From: an uncultured Alphaproteobacteria bacterium
Lineage (GTDB): Bacteria; Pseudomonadota; Alphaproteobacteria; Rhizobiales; Kaistiaceae
DNA: 64,000 bases
Reading direction: 5' to 3'
NCBI GenBank assembly: GCA_963822975.1
Contig: CAWGJV010000027.1
Coordinates: forward strand, 8,885-72,884
Shown here: one piece after another, positions 38,932 to 49,337 of the stretch
Layout: each line of letters starts with the position of its first letter
Numbering within the stretch: the first letter of the stretch is position 1
Program-made: the position numbers and the translations under genes
The notes under the pieces: model-generated
What the model was told of the DNA's origin: nothing
What the model saw: the letters and a program-made list of their open reading frames with translations, nothing else
The model's database searches: none

Positions 38932-39556
38932 CTATTGGATGACCAGCGTCTGGATGACGACTTCGCTGACCCTGCCGCCAGTGCGCAGGGCGGCGCGCTC
39001 GTTGAGGTCGTCGCGCAGGTGCTGGAGCGCGCTCGGGCCGTCCGAGCGGGCGACCGTCACGGTGCGCAGATAGGCGAGCATGTCCTGGCGCAGTTCGGCG
39101 GCGGTCACTTCCGGATTATCCAGCGCGCCGTTCTTGAAGACCATCGCGGTTTCAAGCCGGATCCAGGTGTCCGCCGGCGCGGCGAGGTTGGTGACGACGG
39201 CCTCGATCGGCTGCAGCACCATGTCGCCGCTGTATTTCAGCGGCGACCGGGTGCTCTTCGGCGGCCGGCTTGGCCTCCGCGTCGTGCAGGGCGATCGTCG
39301 GTTTCGATGGTGGCAGCCGTCTTCTGGCCGAGGAAGATGCCGCCGCCGGCCGCGACGGCGGTGACCGCGACGACGCTGATCAGCGAGGAGCAGCCGCCGC
39401 CGCCCTTGGCGCTTTCGGCGCCAGCTCGGCCTTCTTCAGCTCGACGGAGGATTCCTCGTCGACCTCGACACTCGGGCGCCGGCTCGTCGCGTTCGTCGTC
39501 TTCCTCGTCTTCGGGCTTGGCGGCCTCGGCCGGTTCTTCTTCTTCAGGCCGAACAT
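38932..39556 (-). pseudogene. fliL: Flagellar basal-body-associated protein FliL, at least 5 frame disruptions
   Basis: Begins MFGLKKK, then an acidic region, the TM helix LISVVAVTAVAAGGGIFLG, and the FliL domain ..MVLQPIEAVVTNLAAPADTWIRLETAMVFKNG..LRQDMLAYLRT... Segments alternate between three frames. Confidence 0.7.
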
Positions 39557-39561
39557 GGCGG

Positions 39562-40238
39562 CTACTGCACGTCGCTGATCTTGCCGCGGCCGCCATAGGA
39601 GATGCGGGCCTCGGCGATCTTGTCGTAGGCGATCATGTTGTTCGCGCCGATATCGAGCGGGCGCACGATGCCGGCGATGGTGAGCACGCGCACTTCGTGG
39701 TTGACGCGCACCTCCTGCGAGCCGCTGATCAGCAGGTTGCCGTCGGGCAGCACCTCGGTGACGACCGCGGCGATCGCCAGGTGGAGCTTTTCGGAGCGGT
39801 CGATGGTGCCTTCGCCCTTGGCGCTGGTGGTGCCGCTGGCGTCCAGGTTGCCGGACGTCGAGCCCGACTGCTCGGGCACGCTGAAGCCGCCGAAGCCGAG
39901 ATCGATCGCCGAAGGTGCCCTTGGCGTCGGCTTGCTTCGAGCGGCCGCTGGTGTTGTCGAACTGGGCCTGGTCGTTGATGTCGATGGCGACGGTGACGAT
40001 ATCGCCGACGCGGTGGGCGCGCAGGTCGCGGAAGATGCCCTGGTTGCTCCGGCTCCAGAGCGAATTTGGCGCGTGCATCTCGGGCTCGGCGAAGGCGGCC
40101 GGAAGCTCGGTGCGCTCGACGGTCAACCCCTGGCCGACGACCGACAGCGGCGGCGAGCCGCCGGTGGTCGACGTCTGGTCGGTGCTGCAGGCGGCGAGCA
40201 GGCCGAGAGGCAGCATGAGGACAGAGCATGCGGTTCAC
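39562..40238 (-). pseudogene. flgH: Flagellar L-ring lipoprotein FlgH, 1-2 frame disruptions
   Basis: Lipobox ..LGLLAAC, then ..NSLWSRSNQGIFRDLRAHRVGDIVTVAIDINDQAQFDNTSGRS.. and the C-terminus ..LLISGSQEVRVNHEVRVLTIAGIVRPLDIGANNMIAYDKIAEARISYGGRG. There is a switch near 39900. The start (GTG 40238 or ATG 40216) is uncertain. Confidence 0.8.
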
Positions 40239-40768
40239 GTGCTGCCGGCTTTCTTGGTGTCGGCCGGAAGCCCGGCCATGACGTTGGTAAGGTGCGCTGC
40301 GGTATTGGCGTCCATCTCGTTGAGGATGGCGCTGGCGGTGCGCGCCGAGAGTTTCGACAGGATGGCAGCGGCGGCGTCGGCATCCATGACGGCGATCTGC
40401 TGGGCGGCGGCGTCGGGCCGCATCTGCGAGTAGATCGCCACGACACTATCGTCGGCGCGCTTGAGGAAATCCTCGCGGCGGGTGACCCACTCCTCGTATT
40501 CGGCGCGCTTCTTCTCAAGCGCGGCGATGCGTTCTTCGAGCGCCTTCTGCATGGCGAGCAGCGACTCGGCCTGGCGGGCATAGCGGGCATCGGCGGCGGG
40601 GTTGGCGATGTTCTTGCAGTAGAGCGCGGCGTTGCTCGGCGGCGGCGTCGGGCACTGCGCCGGCTTGCTTGCCGGGGCCGCCGCGGCCGTCTGCTTCCGC
40701 CGCAAGCGGCCGTGGCCGAAAGAACCAGCCAGCCGGCCATCGCCACGAAGCCACCTTGCGAATCTCAT
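40235..40768 (-). pseudogene. motE: MotE-like flagellar protein (MotC chaperone family), about 2 frame disruptions
   Basis: Lies between flgI and flgH, as motE does in Sinorhizobium and Agrobacterium. The coiled coil reads LLAMQKALEERIAALEKKRAEYEEW, followed by ..AIYSQMRPDAAAQQIAVMDADAAAAILSKLSARTASAILNEMD. The hydrophobic signal segment (AGWLVLSATAA) is in another frame near 40700-40740. Confidence 0.55.
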
Positions 40769-40785
40769 GATACCGCGCGCCTTCG

Positions 40786-41889
40786 TCACTGGACGACAAG
40801 CTCGGCCTGCAGCGCGCCGGCGGTCTTGATGGCCTGCAGGATTTCGATGATGTCGCTCGGCTTGAGGCCGATGCGGTTGAGGCCGGAGACCAGCGACTCG
40901 AGGCTGGCGCCGCCGACGAAGGCGATGTGTCCGTCGGGCTCGGCGGCGCTGACGCTGGTGCGCGGCAGGACGACGGTGCTGCCGCCCTTGGAGAGCGGGT
41001 TCGGGCTGCGAGGCGAAGGGTGTCTCGGTCACCCGGACGGTGAGGTTGCCATGCGCCATGGCGACCGTGGAGACCTGCACGTCCTGGCCGATGACCACCG
41101 TGCCGGTCCGCTCGTTGATGACGACGCGGGCGGGCGCGTCGGGCACGACGAAGAGCTCGCCGATTTCGGCGAGGAAGCGCGTGGCGCTGATCGATTTCGG
41201 CTTGGTCAGGGCGATGCTGCGCATGTCGCGCTCGCGCGCCACCGTCTTGCCGAAGCGGCTGCGGGCGTAGCTGTTGATCACGTCGGCGACCAGGGTCGCG
41301 GTGGCGAAATCCGGGTTGAAGAGTTCGACGACGAGCTGCGCCAGGCGCTGTCCAGCGAGCCGCCGACCTCGCGCTCGACGATGGCGCCGTTGGGGATGCG
41401 GCCGCCGGTCGCGACGCCCTGGCTGACGCTGGCGGCGACGCCGCCGGCGACGAAGCCGGCTCCCGATATCGGCCCCTGCGCGACGGCGTAGACCTGCCCG
41501 TCGGCGCCGGTGAGCGGCGTCATCAGCAGCGTGCCGCCCTTCAGCGAGACGGCATCGCCGATCGAGGACACGTCCACGTCGATGCGCGTGCCGGAGGTTG
41601 CGAAAGCCGGCAGGTTGGCGGTCACCATGACGCCGGCGATGTTGCGCACGCGCATCTGGTCTTCGGTGACGTTGATGCCGATGCGATCGAGCATGGATTT
41701 CAGCGCGTTCTGCGTGAAGGTCGCATTGCGCATGGAATCGCCGGTGCCCTGCAGGCCCATGACGAGGCCGTAGCCGAAGAGCTGGTTCTCGCGCACGCCC
41801 TGGATGGACGAGATGTCCTTGATGCGCGTCGCCTGCGCGCCGGTGGCACACAGGACGCCAATCGCAGCGATGGCGAGAAGGCGCTTCAT
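40786..41889 (-). pseudogene. flgI: Flagellar P-ring protein FlgI, at least 2 frame disruptions
   Basis: MKRLLAIAAIGVLCATGAQATRIKDISSIQGVRENQLFGYGLVMGLQGTGD.., then ..FNPDFATATLVADVINS..VVINERTGTVVIGQDVQVSTVAMAHGNLTV.., with the C-terminus ..IIEILQAIKTAGALQAELVVQ*. Switches are near 41340 and 41000. Confidence 0.85.
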
Positions 41890-42363
41890 CTGGCCTCGAT
41901 CCGCACACCGCCGTCGGCGGTCACGGTGCCGACGATGACCTTGCCGCTGTCGATGTTCCTGACCTGGATGGCTTCGTTGAGCGCGCCCGACTGGAGAGCG
42001 AGGACCGTCGCGGTGATGAGCAATGGGCCCTGCTCGTAGATCGCCGAAACGATCTTGCCCTTTTGCACCAGTTCGGGCTCGCCGACGGTATTGCGGGCGA
42101 TCAGCCGGCCGGGAAGCAGCGTGCGGCGGGCGACCTTGCCGACGAGATCGCCGCGCGCGGCGAGACGGGGAAATTGGCCGCAGTGCCGGAGGGGAACCTG
42201 CCGTCGGTCAGCATGTCGCCGGAAATGATGTCGCCCGGATAGATGGTGACGGCCGGAACCGGCAGGGTCTCGAGCGGCGCGGCATGCGCCGGCGGCGCGC
42301 CGGCCAGCCCGGCGACCAGCAGGACGCCGGCAGCGGCAGCCGGCGCAGGCGGCGGGCAAGCAT
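41886..42363 (-). pseudogene. flgA: Flagellar P-ring assembly chaperone FlgA, about 2 frame disruptions
   Basis: The SAF-domain C-terminus ..LVGKVARRTLLPGRLIARNTVGEPELVQKGKIVSAIYEQGPLLITATVLALQSGALNEAIQVRNIDSGKVIVGTV is contiguous. The N-terminal signal and ..TIYPGDIISGDML.. lie in other frames. The stop makes an ATGA overlap with flgI. Confidence 0.7.
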
Positions 42364-42365
42364 GG

Positions 42366-43154
42366 TCAGCGGATGCCCTTCGACACGCTGGCCCTGCATC
42401 TCGTCGGCGGCCTGGATGACCTTGGAGTTCATCTCGTAGGCGCGCTGGGCCGAGATCAGTTCGGTGATCTCCTTGACCGGGTCGACGTTGGACTGCTCCA
42501 GGTATCCCTGATGAATGCTGCCGAAGCCGGGATCGCCGGCGACGCCGGAGATCGGCGTGCCGGAGGCGGCGGTCTCGCGGTAGAGGTTGTTGCCGAGCGG
42601 CTGCAGGCCGGAATCGTTGGCGAAATCGACCAGCGAGACCTGGCCGAGGAGCTGCGGCGTCGACTGGCTGGCGGTGCGGGCGTAGACCTCGCCGGATTCG
42701 TTGATGACGACTTCGAGCGTGTCGCCGGGAAGGTGATCGACGGGTCGACGAGATAGCCGTCGCCGGTGACGAGCTGGCCGGTGCCGTTCTTGTTGAACGA
42801 GCCGGCGCGCGTATAGAGGGTCTCGCCGCTCGGGCCGGAGATCTGGAACCAGCCACGGCCGTTGATGGCGACATCGAGCGGGTTGGAGGTCTGGGCGAGA
42901 GAGCCCTGGATGTGGAGATTGCGGACGCCGACGGTGCGCACGCCGAGGCCGATCTGGGCGCCCTCGGGAATGACCTCTTCGCCGCCGCGGTTGGGCACGC
43001 CCTCGGCCCGGTCGCTCTGGTAGATCAGGTCGGAGAACTCCGCCCGCGCCCGCTTGAACGCCGTCGTGTTGATGTTGGCGATGTTGTTGGCGATGACATC
43101 GACATTGGTCTGCTGGGCAGCCATGCCGGTCGCCGCGATTGCTAACGCACGCAT
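42366..43154 (-). pseudogene. flgG: Flagellar distal rod protein FlgG, at least 2 frame disruptions
   Basis: [46 protein letters not shown].. runs contiguously to about 42740. Then ..[37 protein letters not shown] appears in another frame. The expected end ..SVSKGIR* (TGA 42366-42368) needs a further switch near 42385. Confidence 0.85.
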
Positions 43155-43167
43155 ATCGGAGAACTCC

Positions 43168-43476
43168 CTAGATCGTCATCCGGCTGATTTCCTGATAGGC
43201 GGAAACCAGTTTGTCGCGGACGGCTATGGCGGTTTGCAGCGCCTGATCGGCGTTGAGCATGGCGTCGACGACGTGCTGCACCGACTGGCTGCCGTTGATG
43301 CCGCCGATGGCCGCGCTTTCGCCGGCCTTCAGGGCGTCGACCGTGTTGGTCGCCATGTCGGCGAGGACCTTGGAGAAGTCGGAACCGCCCGCGGCGGCGG
43401 CGGAGGCCGCCGGACCCGCGGGTTTGGCGAAATCGGTGGCGCCGACGGCCCTCAGGCCGGAGATTCCAGTGATCAT
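43168..43476 (-). CDS. fliE: Flagellar hook-basal body protein FliE
   Basis: 102-aa intact ORF. ..[55 protein letters not shown] is a typical FliE C-terminus. Position follows flgB-flgC. Confidence 0.8.
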   Translation of the reverse strand: MITGISGLRAVGATDFAKPAGPAASAAAAGGSDFSKVLADMATNTVDALKAGESAAIGGINGSQSVQHVVDAMLNADQALQTAIAVRDKLVSAYQEISRMTI

Positions 43477-43896
43477 CTAGGCATTCCTCAAGAGGTCCAG
43501 GATCATGGTGGTCATCGAGCGCGCCTGCTTCACCATCTGCAGGTTCGCCTCGTAGGAGCGGCTGGCCTCGCGCATATCGGCCATTTCGATGAGCATGTTG
43601 ACGTTCGGCATCTTGACGTTGCCGTCGGCGTCGGCCGCCGGATTGCCGGGATCGTGCTCGACGATGAACGGCGACTGGTCGCGGCCGATCTGCTTGACGT
43701 CGACGGTGGCCGCGCCGAGCAGCCGGTCGAACTCGCTGGCGAAGACGACGGTCTTGCGCTGGTACGGATCGGAGCCGGGCGCCGAGCCGGTGGAATTGGC
43801 GTTGGCCAGGTTCTCCGAGACGATGCGCAGGCGGACCGACTGGGCGTTCAGGCCGGCGCCGGCGATGCTGGTCGCGGCACGAAGCGGATCGATCAT
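43477..43896 (-). CDS. flgC: Flagellar proximal rod protein FlgC
   Basis: 139-aa intact ORF with ..[22 protein letters not shown].. and ..[30 protein letters not shown]... Confidence 0.9.
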   Translation of the reverse strand: MIDPLRAATSIAGAGLNAQSVRLRIVSENLANANSTGSAPGSDPYQRKTVVFASEFDRLLGAATVDVKQIGRDQSPFIVEHDPGNPAADADGNVKMPNVNMLIEMADMREASRSYEANLQMVKQARSMTTMILDLLRNA

Positions 43897-44264
43897 GACC
43901 TCACCGCCGTCATGAGCATGCGGTGGAAGGCGCGCACGATGCTGGTATCGAGCGAGAAGGCGCGGTTGGTCTCGTCGGCGAGCACCAGTTGCTTGTCGAG
44001 AGCCACCGGCGCGTCGGTCTGCCGGGTCTGCCAGGCGCGCATGTCGCCGTCGCCGGCGTCGCCCGCGACGTTCAGGTGGCCGGGCTGGGTGCGGACAAGG
44101 GAAACGCTGGAGGTTTCGTCGAGGATTGCCGAGAACGGCTCGACATCCATGGCGGTGTAGCCGGCCGTGTTGGCATTGGCGATGTTGCCGGTGATCGCGG
44201 CCTGGCGCACCGTCGCCCAGCGCTCGTGCTGTGCGGCAAGGCTGAAGACGTAGATCGGTTCCAA
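43893..44264 (-). CDS. flgB: Flagellar proximal rod protein FlgB
   Basis: 123-aa ORF with a TTG start. It has ..[27 protein letters not shown].. and makes an ATGA overlap with flgC. Confidence 0.85.
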   Translation of the reverse strand: MEPIYVFSLAAQHERWATVRQAAITGNIANANTAGYTAMDVEPFSAILDETSSVSLVRTQPGHLNVAGDAGDGDMRAWQTRQTDAPVALDKQLVLADETNRAFSLDTSIVRAFHRMLMTAVRS

Positions 44265-44337
44265 CGCAGCCTCCGGCTACTGCTCCTCTTCACCGGACTA
44301 TTCCGCGGCAACCTTGCCCGAGGCTGGCGGGCCGGCG

Positions 44338-44805
44338 TCAGCCGAGGGCGGAACGCGATTCGATGCGGGCGTCGGCGACCGCCGAGGAGAAGCAACGCAG
44401 CAGGTTCTCCTCGCCGTCGACGATCTCGGTCATGTGGATGCCGTTGAGGTCGATGGCGATGTGGTCGTTGCCGAAGATGACGCGAAAGAAGGCGGTCAGC
44501 CGCGGATCGCGCAGTTCCATGGCGAGCGAAACCGATGGCGACTGGCCCCAGTCGAACTCGACCTGGGCGTGGCTGCCGTAGTGCAGGCGGCCGGGCTTGA
44601 TCCGGAGCTCCATCGACGAACCGATGATGTCGTCGAGATGGGCGTGCTGGTTGTTGCAGATGTAGGAGATCATCACCCCGCCATTGACCATGAGGAGTTC
44701 CGACAGGAACTCCTTGAGGCCGTCGGCAAGCACGGCTTCGCAGGCGATCAGCGCGGGCTGGGTTTCACGGCTGGCAATGTAGTGGCTTTCGTCAAATGCG
44801 GGCAT
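44338..44805 (-). CDS. Hypothetical cytoplasmic protein embedded between flhB and flgB
   Basis: 155-aa ORF from ATG 44805 (MPAFDESHYIASRETQPALIACEAVL..). It overlaps the flhB 3' end by 14 nt. It has no signal peptide or TM segment and no motif I recognise. Confidence 0.5.
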   Translation of the reverse strand: MPAFDESHYIASRETQPALIACEAVLADGLKEFLSELLMVNGGVMISYICNNQHAHLDDIIGSSMELRIKPGRLHYGSHAQVEFDWGQSPSVSLAMELRDPRLTAFFRVIFGNDHIAIDLNGIHMTEIVDGEENLLRCFSSAVADARIESRSALG

Positions 44806-45868
44806 GTGCCGGCCTCGTGTAGAGAAGGTGGAGAATCTTGGCGACGGCCCGGTAGAATTCGGGCGGAATCCATTGTCCGACTTCGACCGCGTCGTAGAGG
44901 GCGCGCGCCAGCGGCTTGTCTTCGATGATCGGCACCGAATGGCGGCTGGCGATCTCGCGGATGCGGAGCGCGATGAGGTCGGCGCCCTTGGCGACGACCA
45001 CCGGCGCGCCGCCCCTGGCACGGTCGTATTTCAGGGCGATGGCGAAGTGGGTCGGGTTGGCGATCACCACGGTCGCGGTCGGCACCGCGGCGATCATGCG
45101 GCGGCGGGCGCGGTCGCGGGCCAGCGAGCGCAGGCGCGACTTGATCAACGGATCGCCTTCGCTCTGCTTGAATTCGTCCTTCAGCTCCTGGCGTGTCATG
45201 CGCAGGTCGGTGCGCCAGCGAATGCGCGACCAGACGATGTCAGCGGCGACCATGATGGCGATCGCCACGCAAATCGCCGAAACCAGCCGCCCGACCAGCG
45301 ACAGAACGAGGTCCGGCAGGGCCGTCGGTTCGAGCAGGGCAGCGCCGGAAACCGTCGCCCGCTCCGAGCCCAGCATGATGATGCAGACCGCCCCGACGGC
45401 GCCGAATTTGAACAGCGACTTGACGAATTCGACCATGCCGGACGGGCTGAAGATGCGTTTCCAGCCGGCCGCCGGCGAAACGCGCGACCATTTCGGGCGG
45501 ATCTGTTCGAGAGCCAGCGTCGGCGCGTGCTGGAAGAACGCCGCGGCGAGGCCGGCAAGCGCCAGCATGAAGATGATCGGCAGCAGGAACTTCGCCATCT
45601 CGCCGGCCACCACCCAGAGAAGCGCGGCGGTGTCGGTGCCGTTGGCAAGCGAGAAGCCGCCGGGATGGTCGAGCAGGATCATCATCCTGGCGGCAAGATC
45701 GGCCGCGCGCGGCCGGACCAGAAAGGCGATGGCGATGAGGACGCCGAGGAGCGAGGCGAATATCGGAAGTTCCCGCGATCGCGGGACGTTGCCCTTTTCA
45801 ACCGCGTCCGCGACCTTCTTCTCGGTCGGTTCCTCGGTTTTCGATTCCTTGTCGCTCGCTTCTGCCAC
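44792..45868 (-). CDS. flhB: Flagellar export apparatus switch protein FlhB
   Basis: 358-aa intact ORF with a GTG start. It has ..KTEEPTEKKVADAVEKGNVPRSRE.., four TM helices, the autocleavage site context ..VVIANPTHFAIALKY.., and ..PLARALY... Confidence 0.9.
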   Translation of the reverse strand: MAEASDKESKTEEPTEKKVADAVEKGNVPRSRELPIFASLLGVLIAIAFLVRPRAADLAARMMILLDHPGGFSLANGTDTAALLWVVAGEMAKFLLPIIFMLALAGLAAAFFQHAPTLALEQIRPKWSRVSPAAGWKRIFSPSGMVEFVKSLFKFGAVGAVCIIMLGSERATVSGAALLEPTALPDLVLSLVGRLVSAICVAIAIMVAADIVWSRIRWRTDLRMTRQELKDEFKQSEGDPLIKSRLRSLARDRARRRMIAAVPTATVVIANPTHFAIALKYDRARGGAPVVVAKGADLIALRIREIASRHSVPIIEDKPLARALYDAVEVGQWIPPEFYRAVAKILHLLYTRPAHARI

Positions 45869-45883
45869 AGCTCTGCGATCCGA

Positions 45884-46909
45884 TCAGCTGACGAGGTCTT
45901 CTTCGCCGTCGCCACTGCGGATCTCGATCTCGCCGCGACCGGCGAGTTCCAGCGCAAGATCGACGATCGTGCGGCGTGCGTCGGCAACGTTGCGTGCCGG
46001 CACGGCCTGGCCGTTGTTCAGCTCCTGTTCGATCATCTTGCGCACGCGCGAGGAGAGGGAGGAGAGAATCACTTCGCGGAATTCCGCGTCGGTGCCCTTG
46101 AGCGCCATGACCATGCGGTCTGGCGTCACCTTGTCGAAGAGCGTGCTGCGGGCGCGCTGGGAAAGCTTGGCGATGTCCTCGAAGGTGAAGAGCTGGCTCT
46201 TCAGCGCCTCGGCGGCCTTCGGCCGGGTCGAGGCCAGGCCCTGCATGACCGAATCGATCTGCTCGCGATCGAGCTTGTTGATGATCTCGGCAAGGCGGGC
46301 ATGGCCCTCGCCGCCGGAACTGCGCGACAGGTTGGCGTTGAACTCCTGCTGCAGCACGCGGTCGAGCAGCCGCGATGCCTCGTCGACCGGCGGCTTGAGC
46401 ACCCACATGCGGCGGATGACGCCGTCGCGGCGCTCGGCCGGCAGGCGCGCCAGGACCTTGGCGGCGGTCGCCGACTTCACGCGCGACAGGATGAGCGCCG
46501 CGGTCTGCGGGTGTTCCTGCGTCAGATAGAGCGCCAGGGCCGATTCGTTGACGGCGGAAATGCGCTCCCAGATCGACCGGTCGGGGTTGCCGGCGACGTC
46601 GGCCATGATCTCGGCGATCTGTTCCTTGGGAAGCACGCCGTCGAGCATGCGCTCGACCTCGGCGGGGGAACTGACCAGGCTTGCGCCGATGGCGAACTGG
46701 GTGGCGAATTCCTCGATCAGCAGGCCGAGATTCTGCGCCGCCACCGGCTTCAGGTCGGTAGCCGAACGGGTGATCTGCTTGATCTCGGACGGCTGGAAAT
46801 GCTTCATCAGCCGCGCCGACAGCGACTGGCCCATGGTCAACAGAATGGCGGCGACCCGGTCAGAGCCCTGCATTCCCTTGGCGGCAACCGGTCGCGCTAT
46901 GACGGGCAT
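45884..46909 (-). CDS. fliG: Flagellar motor switch protein FliG
   Basis: 341-aa intact ORF with ..AAILLTMGQ..ARLMKHFQPSEIKQI.. and ..FTFEDIAKLSQRARSTLFDKV..MVMALKGTD..EVILSSLSSRVRKMIEQEL... Confidence 0.9.
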   Translation of the reverse strand: MPVIARPVAAKGMQGSDRVAAILLTMGQSLSARLMKHFQPSEIKQITRSATDLKPVAAQNLGLLIEEFATQFAIGASLVSSPAEVERMLDGVLPKEQIAEIMADVAGNPDRSIWERISAVNESALALYLTQEHPQTAALILSRVKSATAAKVLARLPAERRDGVIRRMWVLKPPVDEASRLLDRVLQQEFNANLSRSSGGEGHARLAEIINKLDREQIDSVMQGLASTRPKAAEALKSQLFTFEDIAKLSQRARSTLFDKVTPDRMVMALKGTDAEFREVILSSLSSRVRKMIEQELNNGQAVPARNVADARRTIVDLALELAGRGEIEIRSGDGEEDLVS

Positions 46910-46923
46910 GGGGTGGCGCTCGG

Positions 46924-47295
46924 TCAGGCGGCGACGTTGAAGCCCGGCAGGCCGGCGATTTCGGTCAGCGTCACGCCAAATCGCGAGCTGTCCTCCTCCA
47001 GCACGACCACCTCGCCACGGGCGACGACGCGACCGTTGACGACGATATCGACCGGCTCGCCGATGCGGTGATCGAGGGGGACGATGGCGCCGCGGCCGAG
47101 CTTCATGAGATTGGCAACCGGCATGCTGGCGGTGCCGAGGATGGCTTGCACGACGACCGGAATTCTCAGGATGGCCTCGAGATTGCGGCCGCCGCCGAGG
47201 GCGTCCGCGCCAGAATCGAAAGCCGCCGAAGGGCCGTTCGGTTCAGCCAGAAGGGCCTCGTCGCCGCGTCCAGGCTCAGTCTGATTGGTCGTCAT
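46924..47295 (-). CDS. fliN: Flagellar motor switch protein FliN
   Basis: 123-aa intact ORF. The SpoA domain reads ..LEAILRIPVVVQAILGTASMPVANLMKLGRGAIVPLDHRIGEPVDIVVNGRVVARGEVVV... Confidence 0.85.
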   Translation of the reverse strand: MTTNQTEPGRGDEALLAEPNGPSAAFDSGADALGGGRNLEAILRIPVVVQAILGTASMPVANLMKLGRGAIVPLDHRIGEPVDIVVNGRVVARGEVVVLEEDSSRFGVTLTEIAGLPGFNVAA

Positions 47296-47412
47296 GACCG
47301 TTCAATCCCTCACTCGTTGGCGGCGCTACGACCGTGTCCGTTGCGGTGGGTCGCCTGCGCCAGTCTCAGAAATAGTCCGCCAACCTTGCCGGAGGCAGGA
47401 TTCGCGGAATCC

Positions 47413-48348
47413 TCATCCGGCGAGCACGTCGTTCATGAACTCACGTTCCTGGTCGATCGATTCGTCGATGCACAGCGTGTAGCGGCCCTCGTTCTGTCCG
47501 AGGAACGCCCAGAACAACGACTGGTCGCCGCTTTCCACCTTGATGCGGCTCTGGGTGGTCGCATCCAGCGTGATGACCTGGCCGACGCGAAGGCTGGCAA
47601 GATCGCCGAGCGTCAGATCGCTGGTTTCGGCGATCGCGCGGATGGCGACTTCCGTGCGCCTGACCTCGTCGTTGATCTTGCGGGCCCATGTCGGGTCGGC
47701 GGGCGCGGTATCCTTGACGGGGAAACGCGACAGCGGCTGGCGGAGCGGCGCCAGCGCCGCCTGCGGGATGATGACCAGCATCTCGCCGCCGCGGTTCATG
47801 GCCTGCAGGATGAAGCGGCCGACGACAGCCGGCAGCGACCGGCGTCCGGCGCCGGCGAAATCCATGCGGGTTTCGGTGCGCTCGAGGCGGAAGCGGGTAT
47901 TGGACAGCGGCGCGAATGCGGCCTGCAGGCCCTGGCCGATGTGATCGAGGACGAACTGGGAGAACTGCACCTCGATGCTCGACAGGTTGCGGACGTCTTC
48001 CGCCGGCGGCTCCGACCCGTCGCCGCCGAGCATCATCTCCATCAGCGTGTAGACGAAGTCGCGATCAAGGCTGACGAGGACGCGGGCGTCCCAGCTGACG
48101 GCATGGAAGATGCCGACCACCGCCCGCATCTCGTAGGCGTCGAGGACCTCGCCGATGCGCGCCGTGGTCAACTCGTTGAGCGAAACGTGGGGCAGGGCCG
48201 AGGACAGGCTGCGCAGGCGGTCCGACAATTGCTGACCGACGCGATCGAAGATGACCGGCAGCAGCGGCAGCTGGTCGAGGGACAGGTTGGCGGCCTCCAT
48301 CAGGAGATCGCGGATGTTGGTTTGCGGGCGTGCGGCGGTGGCTTCCAT
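47413..48348 (-). CDS. fliM: Flagellar motor switch protein FliM
   Basis: 311-aa intact ORF between motA and fliN. It has ..LDQLPLLPVIFDRVGQQLSDRLRSL.. and the C-terminal SpoA-like ..DLTLGDLASLRVGQVITLD... Confidence 0.8.
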   Translation of the reverse strand: MEATAARPQTNIRDLLMEAANLSLDQLPLLPVIFDRVGQQLSDRLRSLSSALPHVSLNELTTARIGEVLDAYEMRAVVGIFHAVSWDARVLVSLDRDFVYTLMEMMLGGDGSEPPAEDVRNLSSIEVQFSQFVLDHIGQGLQAAFAPLSNTRFRLERTETRMDFAGAGRRSLPAVVGRFILQAMNRGGEMLVIIPQAALAPLRQPLSRFPVKDTAPADPTWARKINDEVRRTEVAIRAIAETSDLTLGDLASLRVGQVITLDATTQSRIKVESGDQSLFWAFLGQNEGRYTLCIDESIDQEREFMNDVLAG

Positions 48349-48352
48349 CGGA

Positions 48353-49255
48353 TCAGGCTGCCTGTTTCTGGACCGGCGCCGATTGCGGCGTGTTGGAAAT
48401 CGCCTCGCTTTCGACCTCGTCGATGGTCGGCCGCTCGCCCGAGGAGATGGTCTTGCGGCCGTGCTCCAGGGCGATCTGCGGCAGCGCGCCGTTCATGAAA
48501 GCAATGATCGTCTGCTTGACGATGATGTAGCACTGCATCTGCTTCTCGCGCGTCGTCTTGATGAGCTGGGCGAGCGGCGAGACCACGGCGTAGGACCAGA
48601 AGATGCCTGTCAGCGTTCCGATCAGCGCCGCGCCGATGTATTCGCCGAGGATTTCCGGCGACTGGTCGAGGGCGCCCATGGCCTTGACGATGCCCAGCAC
48701 CGCCGCGCAGATGCCGAGCGCCGGCAGGGCTTCGGAGATCGTGCCCATCGAACTCTGCGGCTTGAGCTTGTGCTTGCGGATGGTGCTGATCTCCTGCTCC
48801 ATCAGCGCCTCGATCTCGTGCGAGCGGGCGTTGCCGATGATCGTCAGGCGGACGTAGTCGCAGATGAACTGCGTCAGTTCCTTGTCCTTGAGGATGCCCG
48901 GAAAGTGCTGGAACAGCGGCGAGTTTGCCGGGTCGTCGATATGGGCCTCGACCTCGTTGCGTGGCCGGCCGCGAAGATCGCGCATCAGGGCGAAGAGCAG
49001 GCTGAGCAAGGCAAGGAAATCCTTGCGCTTCGGTACCGCGTTGGTCACCGCCTCCATGACGCCCTTGCCGGCGTCGGCGATGGTCGAGAAGGGATTGCCC
49101 ATCACGAAGACGCCGATGGCGATGCCCCCGATGATGAGGAACTCGAACGGCTGCCACAGCACGGCGAGGCGACCGCCCTCGGCGAGGAATCCGCCGACCA
49201 GAGCGCCAACGCCGAGCAAGAGTCCGAGTGCCAGATTCAGAGAATCCTGCTCCAC
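48353..49255 (-). CDS. motA: Flagellar stator protein MotA
   Basis: 300-aa ORF with a GTG start. It has four TM helices and the conserved ..EALPALGICAAVLGIVKAMG..IGAALIGTLTGIFWSY... It is the first gene of the minus-strand array. Confidence 0.85.
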   Translation of the reverse strand: MEQDSLNLALGLLLGVGALVGGFLAEGGRLAVLWQPFEFLIIGGIAIGVFVMGNPFSTIADAGKGVMEAVTNAVPKRKDFLALLSLLFALMRDLRGRPRNEVEAHIDDPANSPLFQHFPGILKDKELTQFICDYVRLTIIGNARSHEIEALMEQEISTIRKHKLKPQSSMGTISEALPALGICAAVLGIVKAMGALDQSPEILGEYIGAALIGTLTGIFWSYAVVSPLAQLIKTTREKQMQCYIIVKQTIIAFMNGALPQIALEHGRKTISSGERPTIDEVESEAISNTPQSAPVQKQAA

Positions 49256-49294
49256 CAGTGCGGGCGCGTTCGTTCACCTGACATCGCCCGGAAA

Positions 49295-49337
49295 GCTTGC
49301 GTGAGGCTGAAATCGGCGAAGTCAGGCTCGCGCAAGC
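49295..49337. promoter_or_regulatory. Imperfect 16-bp inverted repeat in the divergent motA / flgF-operon control region
   Basis: GCTTGCGTGAGGCTGA (49295-49310) and TCAGGCTCGCGCAAGC (49322-49337) match at 14 of 16 positions, with an 11-nt spacer. The repeat sits in the 118-nt gap between the two flagellar arrays. Confidence 0.3.
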
